A stretch of 64,000 nucleotides of DNA, from IMG/VR virus record IMGVR_UViG_3300028025_000090, one strand, 5' to 3'. The translations under genes and the position numbers were made by a program. Below, one piece after another: positions 24,942 through 31,482 of the stretch. Position 1 is the first letter of the stretch. Every line of letters begins with the position of its first letter. Source of the stretch: a virus. Under the pieces are notes generated by a model. That model was not told the origin of the DNA, did no database searches, and worked only from the letters and a program-made list of their open reading frames with translations.

Positions 24942-24978
24942 AACGCCCACGGTCTAACAGATCGTGGGCGTTTTTTTT
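24942..24978 (+). terminator. Intrinsic terminator closing the array
   Basis: AACGCCCACG-GTCT-AAC-AGAT-CGTGGGCGTT followed by T-run; preceded by (ATCTAAC)3 at 24924-24944. Confidence 0.85.
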
Positions 24979-24991
24979 GCGTACTGATAGT

Positions 24992-25073
24992 CTAGTTTTT
25001 TAATTAAACTTTTTAAAAACTAGGGGGGTCTGTTTGGATTTGCTTTAGTTTTTAAAAACTAGGGTAGGGGGGG
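24992..25073. repeat. Inverted and palindromic copies of the array motif with G-runs
   Basis: CTAGTTTTT (24992) ...AAAAACTAG (25015-25023); perfect palindrome TAGTTTTTAAAAACTA (25046-25061); G6 and GGGTAGGGGGGG runs. Confidence 0.9.
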
Positions 25074-25212
25074 TGTATGCCATGGCTAAATAATTTTTTA
25101 TATAATTCTTGGAAATTCGCCCATTGAAAAAAATTTTTTTTATATGAAATTTTCCAATTTTCCTATATTCGCGCCCTCCTCAAAAAATTTTTTTTGGGTA
25201 TTTTTTAGCGAA

Positions 25213-26067
25213 TCACATAATGGACATTGTTCTCATATGCTTACCAATCATGACATTGAACATTTCATCTAGAGCATATTTGAATTGATTAATATATTCC
25301 CTAGCTTCGTCTTCATCTTCCAATCGATAATTACGTGCTGTCGATTTACCCCATGCTTGTTTGTTACTGTCTTGTAGAATTTTTGGGGGATCATTGAAGT
25401 CCAATTCTCCATCATGTAGTAACCAATAGGCAAATGCTTCGTGATAGAATTCTGCGGGTCTTACGAGCTTACCCATTCTTGCGCTACGGAACTTACCGAT
25501 CTTTTGGAAGAAGTCTCTTACATAATAATCAGATGAATAGCGTAAATCTCTGGAATTACTTGTGTTTATATTATAAGCTTGTTCAAAAAGATTTTTGAGG
25601 ATGTTTGATATGTTTCTATTAATATAATTTAAATCATTATTCCTTCTAAATGTCGCTGCAAAGCTATGACCGATTCTATGAGCGATTGTCCATGGTGTCA
25701 GAGGGACTTTTTCTGCTGCTGCGTTATTGGTGAAGAATACTGTGATTTGGTCGTTCTGTGGTTCGGGGAAATCTTTACCTACTTCCAGACCCAAATGTTC
25801 TTTTACAAATTCGGGAGTCACTAGACCTTTTTCTGCTTCTTTCCATGCATTGGGTAACTTTACGAAATATAAATTAAAATCCCAATTACCAATTCGATTG
25901 AAAGTATTTTCCAATTTCTTCAGACCAGCAGGAGATGACAAAATACCAATGGATGCTTTGTCATAACCGTGTCTGTTCTTTCTGTCCTCCCACTTACCAA
26001 TCTTTTGGAGATTGGTCAGAGCCATTTCTTGGTAGATTTGTTGTAGGGAGATTTCGTCTCTATTCAT
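25213..26067 (-). CDS. Hypothetical late protein (HRxGH, degenerate zincin-like)
   Basis: 284-aa ORF; TAAATA-N5-ATG; PWTIAHRIGH...EFYHEAFAYWL. Confidence 0.7.
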   Translation of the reverse strand: MNRDEISLQQIYQEMALTNLQKIGKWEDRKNRHGYDKASIGILSSPAGLKKLENTFNRIGNWDFNLYFVKLPNAWKEAEKGLVTPEFVKEHLGLEVGKDFPEPQNDQITVFFTNNAAAEKVPLTPWTIAHRIGHSFAATFRRNNDLNYINRNISNILKNLFEQAYNINTSNSRDLRYSSDYYVRDFFQKIGKFRSARMGKLVRPAEFYHEAFAYWLLHDGELDFNDPPKILQDSNKQAWGKSTARNYRLEDEDEAREYINQFKYALDEMFNVMIGKHMRTMSIM

Positions 26068-26106
26068 TCTATTATTTAATCAATAGACCATTCATCTTCT
26101 TTCATT

Positions 26107-27210
26107 TTAAGGGAATAGCTGTTCTTGGTGGAAAAAATAATAAAGCCCAACCTGTGAAATAGTCAAAATGATGAATGCTGCAATGACCCATCCCGTAGGA
26201 ATCAGGAAATCTGTGTCTTTATACATTGTCCATTCATGGGATTGGAAGTCTTTGCGAACAATCGCTTTCAATTCTTTTAGGATATCATCGTTTACGGGAT
26301 TTGTTAAGAACAGGGTTTGGATATTTTGTTTCACCAATTCACTCTTCGACCAACCAAAGACATAGCACCAATCAGCGGAAGCGTTTTTAGTTCCTCCATG
26401 ACAGATCACCAGATCATTCTTTTTACCGTTTTGCCAGTGAGCCTGAATATATTTTGCTTTTTCAATACTATCTGTCTTTACTAGAATGAGGTTGACATGT
26501 TTCTGCGGTCCGAGCGCACTGTTCATTTTGTCCCAATTCCAGATATCAATGGCAGTGTCACCAATGATTCTTGATGAACTGAATGTGGCATTGTCGGGAT
26601 AATTTGGTAGTCCCATTTTTTGAGCCTCTTCTTTGGAGATCTTTTGATAATTGTGTAGTGTTTTACTATTTTTCAGAGGGTTCATCCATGTTCTGATTTC
26701 CGTCACAGGGTAATCACAAAATTCAGGATCATCATTCACATAAGAAATATAATCGTTTCTATCACCGCTATCATAATCAGGACGATAACCCTTTTCCACG
26801 GAGATTCCGTGCTTTTTAGAAATCTGATCAAAGAACCAAGGCTCGATATCATACCTACCCAAAGTCGTTTCCACCCACCATTTGGGGTAATGTGTCTCCC
26901 GTTTTGTTTCAGGGACTGTGTATGATGTGGTGTTGCCTTTGCTGTCAGTAGAATAATGTGTTACCAATTCTATCCACTCTGCTTCCCACTTGGGAATATG
27001 AACTGCTTTTTCAACCTTTCCTGAATGAGTCTCTGTATCTCTTTGATTGGAACACTTTGACAAACCCAAGACCATCGAAATTGTCACCAGAGCAGCGGCG
27101 ATTCCCACACCGCTTTCTCTGATATCAATCGTATGGAATTTAATCCATGCGAAAACCCCCGCCGCAACGGGGATAATCATCAATAAGAATAACCAATATC
27201 CGAATGTCAT
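26107..27210 (-). CDS. Membrane protein (N- and C-terminal TM segments)
   Basis: 367 aa; hydrophobic ends; coupled to LemA-like gene. Confidence 0.75.
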   Translation of the reverse strand: MTFGYWLFLLMIIPVAAGVFAWIKFHTIDIRESGVGIAAALVTISMVLGLSKCSNQRDTETHSGKVEKAVHIPKWEAEWIELVTHYSTDSKGNTTSYTVPETKRETHYPKWWVETTLGRYDIEPWFFDQISKKHGISVEKGYRPDYDSGDRNDYISYVNDDPEFCDYPVTEIRTWMNPLKNSKTLHNYQKISKEEAQKMGLPNYPDNATFSSSRIIGDTAIDIWNWDKMNSALGPQKHVNLILVKTDSIEKAKYIQAHWQNGKKNDLVICHGGTKNASADWCYVFGWSKSELVKQNIQTLFLTNPVNDDILKELKAIVRKDFQSHEWTMYKDTDFLIPTGWVIAAFIILTISQVGLYYFFHQEQLFP

Positions 27211-27770
27211 TACTTGATCCAGTTGGAGTTATCTTCCCCTGTTTGGAAATTCTCTTTGGTTTCCGCACTTGTCACGATCACGACTTGGATTTCCTGTTTA
27301 CCAAACATCTTGAGAATGATGCCTGATGGGAATTGAGTGATCATATCGTCTCCTTGTCTTTTGATTTCCAAAAGACGGGTTTGAGAGAATTGCCAATCCT
27401 TACGACCAGCCACAATGATATTCTGTAGATTAGTCAAAGTCTTGACTTCCGTAATCGTCGGAACCGCTTCTTGAACCATACCCACAGTCACCAATTGACC
27501 TTCTCCTGCTGTGTTACCCCCTCTTGCCTTAGCGTAACCAGTAATAATATTCGTCAGAGCTTCCACTTCCTTATCGGATACAGATGCTGCTTCTCGAATC
27601 GCCTTTCGTGTATTATCCAACACGTTCTTATTATCTTCCTGTGTAGCTTTCGCCAAATTCTCCAATTTCGTGTAGCCATTGAAGCTACCGATAGCGGAGA
27701 ACAAGAAGATAAGACCAAGGAAGACAACGCTTCCACCTACGACCAATGATGTAATTAATGTTTTATTCAT
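27210..27770 (-). CDS. LemA-like membrane-anchored protein
   Basis: N-terminal TM, helical body, ITQFPSGIILKMFG C-terminal pattern. Confidence 0.5.
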   Translation of the reverse strand: MNKTLITSLVVGGSVVFLGLIFLFSAIGSFNGYTKLENLAKATQEDNKNVLDNTRKAIREAASVSDKEVEALTNIITGYAKARGGNTAGEGQLVTVGMVQEAVPTITEVKTLTNLQNIIVAGRKDWQFSQTRLLEIKRQGDDMITQFPSGIILKMFGKQEIQVVIVTSAETKENFQTGEDNSNWIK

Positions 27771-27779
27771 TTCGCAAGT

Positions 27780-27807
27780 ATCTTACCCTAGTTTTTTATT
27801 TTGTCAA
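27780..27807 (-). promoter_or_regulatory. Sigma70-type promoter containing the array motif in its spacer
   Basis: Minus strand TTGACA-aaataAAAAACTAGgg-TAAGAT (16-nt spacer) 9 nt before ATG 27770. Confidence 0.7.
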
Positions 27808-27812
27808 TAGGG

Positions 27813-27841
27813 TTGACAAATCAGAATCTTGTGGTTAAATA
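27813..27841 (+). promoter_or_regulatory. Promoter of tRNA cluster
   Basis: TTGACA (27813)-N16/17-TTAAAT/TAAATA just upstream of first tRNA. Confidence 0.65.
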
Positions 27842-27851
27842 CTTACTCAAT

Positions 27852-27923
27852 TGCGGGGTAGAGCAGTGGTAGCTCGTCTGGCTCATAACCAGAAGGTCGT
27901 CAGTTCAATCCTGACCCCCGCTA
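27852..27923 (+). tRNA. tRNA-Met(CAU), initiator-like
   Basis: Cloverleaf; loop CTCATAA; 1:72 mismatch; no CCA. Confidence 0.9.
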
Positions 27924-27929
27924 CAGAAA

Positions 27930-28000
27930 GCGTCTTTGATGTAATGGTAACATGCCTTCCTTCCAAGTAGGTTACGTGGGTTCGAGTCCCACAAGACGCT
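27930..28000 (+). tRNA. tRNA-Gly(UCC)
   Basis: Cloverleaf; loop CTTCCAA; no CCA. Confidence 0.9.
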
Positions 28001-28055
28001 CATTTAATAAAAAAACTTGAAAAAGTTGAACTAAATGCTAAATACTAATAACAAC

Positions 28056-28118
28056 ATGAAATACGAACAATATAATCAAGAGAAGGCAGCGACACCGAAT
28101 AGGTGGCGGCGTGAATGA
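28056..28118 (+). CDS. 20-aa leader peptide MKYEQYNQEKAATPNRWRRE
   Basis: Translated by hand; preceded by TTGAAA(28017)-N16-TAAATA(28039); followed by terminator. Confidence 0.6.
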   Translation: MKYEQYNQEKAATPNRWRRE

Positions 28119-28148
28119 TTATGTTTTAAATACATATTGGATTTCGCG

Positions 28149-28174
28149 CCTCATCTGAAAAGATGAGGTTTTTT
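28149..28174 (+). terminator. Intrinsic terminator/attenuator inside the tRNA cluster
   Basis: CCTCATCT-GAAA-AGATGAGG-TTTTTT. Confidence 0.85.
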
Positions 28175-28250
28175 ATTTTAGAGGTGAACGAAGCAACCTG
28201 AATGGCTAGAGAGTGGTGAAAGACTAATAGAAAATGAAATATATTTTAAT

Positions 28251-28323
28251 TCCCAAGTAGCTCAGTTGGTAGAGCGCGTGACTGTTAATCACGTTGTCGT
28301 AGGTTCGATCCCTACCTTGGGAG
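28251..28323 (+). tRNA. tRNA-Asn(GUU)
   Basis: Cloverleaf; loop CTGTTAA; no CCA. Confidence 0.93.
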
Positions 28324-28328
28324 CAGAA

Positions 28329-28404
28329 GGGTGTGTAGCTCAGTTGGTAGAGCAAGAAGCTTTTAACTTCGTGGTCATAGGTTCAAATCCTGTCACACCC
28401 ACCA
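28329..28404 (+). tRNA. tRNA-Lys(UUU)
   Basis: Cloverleaf; loop CTTTTAA; CCA encoded. Confidence 0.93.
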
Positions 28405-28405
28405 T

Positions 28406-28480
28406 GCTTCTATCGTCTAATGGTTAGGACAGGTGGTTTTCATCCACCAAATAAGGGTTCGATTCCCTTTAGAAGTGCCA
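28406..28480 (+). tRNA. tRNA-Glu(UUC)
   Basis: Cloverleaf; loop TTTTCAT; CCA encoded. Confidence 0.93.
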
Positions 28481-28482
28481 AT

Positions 28483-28553
28483 GCCTCCATAGTTCAATGG
28501 TAGAACCCCCGATTTGTAATCGGGAGATACAGATTCGAATTCTGTTGGAGGCT
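28483..28553 (+). tRNA. tRNA-Thr(UGU)
   Basis: Cloverleaf; loop TTTGTAA; no CCA. Confidence 0.9.
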
Positions 28554-28586
28554 CTTGACAAAATAATTTTTATGATAAGATTGGGC

Positions 28587-29114
28587 ATGAAGAAAACAAA
28601 TTTGATATTATTACATGCATATGAGATTGGATATAGATGTGATGAACAGGGGAACGTTAGTTCAAAAAAAGGAATCATAAATCCTTATATCAATAGTAAT
28701 GGATACTTATCTTTTTCAGTGAAAGTGAGTCCACCAATCCATCACAAATTGGCATCTAAAGCTGTGCCTGTTCACAGACTACAAGCATATCAAAAACATG
28801 GTGATGAAATTTTCGGTGAAAACATTCATGTGAGACATCTGAATGGGAATCCTCTAGACAATTCATACGATAATATTTTAATTGGTAGTGTATCAGAAAA
28901 TTCTTTGGACAGACCAAAACATTCAAGAATAAAAAACGCTATCAATGCATCCAATAAAATTAGAAGATTCACAGATTCTGAGATATTGGAAATCAAAAAA
29001 TTTCATAAAGAAAACAAATCAACGTATAAAGAAACGATGAGTAAATTTAATATTAGCAGTAAAGGATCATTACATTACATATTGAATACTGAATACGTAA
29101 CAAACAAAGGGTAG
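28587..29114 (+). mobile_element. HNH homing endonuclease (start revised from 28497)
   Basis: VHRLQAY...VRHLNGNPLDNSYDNI; own TTGACA-N15-TAAGAT-N5-ATG promoter; inserted between tRNA-Thr and tRNA-Tyr. Confidence 0.85.
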
Positions 29115-29193
29115 GTAAAGCCAGTGGCTCTGGCAGTCAGACTGTAAATCTGATCTCTTCTGAGGGGTGGATCGATACCACACCTGCCCACCA
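29109..29193 (+). tRNA. tRNA-Tyr(GUA)
   Basis: Loop CTGTAAA; long variable arm; CCA encoded. Confidence 0.92.
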
Positions 29194-29196
29194 TAT

Positions 29197-29272
29197 CGGG
29201 AGTTGATGTAACTTGGTAGCATGAGGCATTTGGATTGCTTTCGTCAGAGTTCAAATCTCTGGCTCCCGACCA
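29197..29272 (+). tRNA. tRNA-Pro(UGG)
   Basis: Loop TTTGGAT; CCA encoded. Confidence 0.88.
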
Positions 29273-29281
29273 TTTTTCAAA

Positions 29282-29355
29282 GGGTCATTAGCTCAATTGG
29301 TAGAGCGGCTGTTTTGCAAACAGCGGGTTGTGGGTTCGAGTCCCACATGTATCCA
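29282..29355 (+). tRNA. tRNA-Ala(UGC)
   Basis: Loop TTTGCAA; G3-U70 present; 1-nt bulge in acceptor stem; no CCA. Confidence 0.85.
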
Positions 29356-29364
29356 CATTTTAAT

Positions 29365-29438
29365 TGGGCGTTAGTGTAATGGTAGCACCGCAGATTTTGA
29401 TTCTGTTAGTAGAGGTTCGAGTCCTCTACGCCCTACCA
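29365..29438 (+). tRNA. tRNA-Gln(UUG)
   Basis: Loop TTTTGAT; CCA encoded. Confidence 0.9.
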
Positions 29439-29479
29439 CAATAACTCCAATTTCTCAAGTCAATAGATTAAATAATATT

Positions 29480-29854
29480 ATGATAACATTTTCAAAATTT
29501 TTCGAATTGTTTTTAGAAAATTACAATGAAGTTCGAATATATAATAGTATGGTTCGTCTCCCTATGGATAAACCTTATGGCTTTTGGATGGATAAGCACG
29601 GTAATTTCGCAGTCGTTAAAGGTGGAATGGGATCACATGAAAAAATTGGTAAATTGATTTTGGATCAACTTGATATAGATTCAGGGGGGAGTGTATATGA
29701 AACATTATTCGAAAATGGTTGGGTTCGTGTCATGTTAGACAGGAATAAAACATATTATGAAAAATCTCACATGAGATCATTAACTCCTATTCAAAAACGT
29801 AATTTATCTTTTATTAACGAATTCTACGAATTAAAAGGAGTGGAAGAAGGTTAA
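29480..29854 (+). CDS. Hypothetical late protein
   Basis: TAAATA-N5-ATG; GFWMDKHGNF. Confidence 0.8.
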   Translation: MITFSKFFELFLENYNEVRIYNSMVRLPMDKPYGFWMDKHGNFAVVKGGMGSHEKIGKLILDQLDIDSGGSVYETLFENGWVRVMLDRNKTYYEKSHMRSLTPIQKRNLSFINEFYELKGVEEG

Positions 29855-29861
29855 TATTTTT

Positions 29862-30335
29862 ATGAGAACATTCTTAGAATCCTTTTATGATATCCAAGAG
29901 CTATCTCCGAATAGTAAGCTACAGGATATCTTGAATACTCACTATCTCAAAGTCTATCGTTCATCGGCTCGTCCCAATAAGAGTGATTATACTTCAGGTT
30001 CTCATGCAGGAACTAAACAACAAGCTCTAATTCGTGCCGATTATATGATCAATGATGAAGGGAAATACGACAAGTATTATCTTTATGAATTGACGATTCG
30101 AATTGATAAAGTGTATCCCAAGTTACTATCTGATGATGGAACAGATCATGGATATGATTATGTAAAAGATTTAGGTGATTATGATATTGCTTTCTATAAA
30201 AATACAGGAGAAGGTGATATCAGAAACGAAAATCTTTCCATTATCATCATCAATCCTGATAGCGTGGTTGAATCTAAAATGGTCGAAGAGATCGATGGAG
30301 AGTATTTAACAGCAATGCAAGACGAATTATATTAA
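29862..30335 (+). CDS. Hypothetical protein (weak ADP-ribosyltransferase-like pattern)
   Basis: KVYRSS...GSHAGTKQQA...LYELTI; resemblance only. Confidence 0.3.
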   Translation: MRTFLESFYDIQELSPNSKLQDILNTHYLKVYRSSARPNKSDYTSGSHAGTKQQALIRADYMINDEGKYDKYYLYELTIRIDKVYPKLLSDDGTDHGYDYVKDLGDYDIAFYKNTGEGDIRNENLSIIIINPDSVVESKMVEEIDGEYLTAMQDELY

Positions 30336-31451
30336 TTATTTAAATTTTATTCTGGATTTAGCTTCTTTATCACCCAACTCATAACCCATTTTAGGAAGTG
30401 CTAAGTGTTCTTTACCAATTTCATAACCACCATAAGGATCGACACCATCTTTACTAACGCTTCTTAAATGTTCCGCATACTCTTTATCTTTGTTGGTCGC
30501 ATTTGTATATGTCGGCATCATAACGCTTCTACCGTCAACTAAAACAAATCTTATTCTCTTACCTTTAAAAATAGCTTTGGCTGCTGCTAATTGCACCCAA
30601 TCATCCCATAGTCTTTGAGACGCATCTGTTTTAGTAAACTCGCCAATTTCTTTAATAAAATTAATATAATCTTTCAATATCTGTTCGCCTTTTGGTGTTA
30701 AAATATCAGTTTTAACTTTCTTTATATTTCTGAAACCAGGGGATTCTACTTGTTTTCCACTTTTATTAGTTATAGATAATGGGAATCCATAAACATCTGC
30801 GTTGATATTATCAATACATCCTATTTTTCCTGCCAATAGTTGAACTGAGAATCCAGCTTTAATGGTGGCAGCACCTTGAAAATATCTATTTAAAAATCTA
30901 TACAATTCAAATTCATCATTGATGAGTCCTTCGCCATATATTTTTTTGTATAAAAATTCTCTATTTCTCCATAAAGCTCTGATATGATTAGCTGCTCCTC
31001 TATAAAACCAAGCTTTTACTGGTTCTTTTTTACCATCTAATCCAACTATAAATTCAATATCTTTTTCAGAAGCATCTGTAGCTTTCACATAAGCAGCATA
31101 AACAGGGTATAAATTTCTAAATCTCGGCCAACTTGAACCTATCGTCCCAACAACAAGTCCCAAAACATAAAACATGTTTTCTGGACTCTCACTTGCAAAT
31201 TTTTTAATACCAGGAATTATATTACAAAATGAAGAATCCGCCAACATTAAATCTGATTGATTAATTGTTATAGTGTCTTCTTCACTTTTATCAGTGTTTT
31301 TTTTATTGATTGGTATAACAACATCAACACCCGCGACTTTAGTAACCATGTGATTCGGGTTTTTTTCAGCAGCGACAGCAGGGTCAAATGCTTCTAAAAC
31401 AATTTTATATTTTTTATTTCTTTTTTCGAAGAATTGACTAAAATTTATCAT
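30336..31451 (-). CDS. Hypothetical protein with HhH glycosylase-like motif
   Basis: FQGAATIKAGFSVQLLAGKIGCID (Lys...Asp spacing as in HhH-GPD/OGG); TAAATA-N5-ATG. Confidence 0.3.
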   Translation of the reverse strand: MINFSQFFEKRNKKYKIVLEAFDPAVAAEKNPNHMVTKVAGVDVVIPINKKNTDKSEEDTITINQSDLMLADSSFCNIIPGIKKFASESPENMFYVLGLVVGTIGSSWPRFRNLYPVYAAYVKATDASEKDIEFIVGLDGKKEPVKAWFYRGAANHIRALWRNREFLYKKIYGEGLINDEFELYRFLNRYFQGAATIKAGFSVQLLAGKIGCIDNINADVYGFPLSITNKSGKQVESPGFRNIKKVKTDILTPKGEQILKDYINFIKEIGEFTKTDASQRLWDDWVQLAAAKAIFKGKRIRFVLVDGRSVMMPTYTNATNKDKEYAEHLRSVSKDGVDPYGGYEIGKEHLALPKMGYELGDKEAKSRIKFK

Positions 31452-31482
31452 ATCATTATTTAACCTTTTATTAAATATTCAC

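Larger units (their letters stand above)
131..25062 (+). repeat. Dispersed cassette-delimiting motif TTAAAAACTA-RNN-TAnnnT, about 80 copies
   Basis: Manual count about 80 co-oriented copies (e.g. 137, 843, 1432, 2603, 3120, 6473, 11111, 16195, 19603, 21425, 24657), almost all followed by an ATG 5-9 nt after the TAnnnT hexamer. Confidence 0.95.

Noticed and set aside
131-24978. CRISPR array
   Set aside because: Repeat core is only 9-11 bp, spacers range from about 35 to over 1000 bp and mostly encode ORFs; no cas genes in the window
131-24978. Integron with attC sites
   Set aside because: The repeat has no R''/R' GTTRRRY boxes or bottom-strand hairpin, and no IntI-like gene is visible
25046-25061. 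Protelomerase hairpin-telomere site
   Set aside because: Palindrome is only 16 bp and no protelomerase is in the window; T4-like phages are not known to use it
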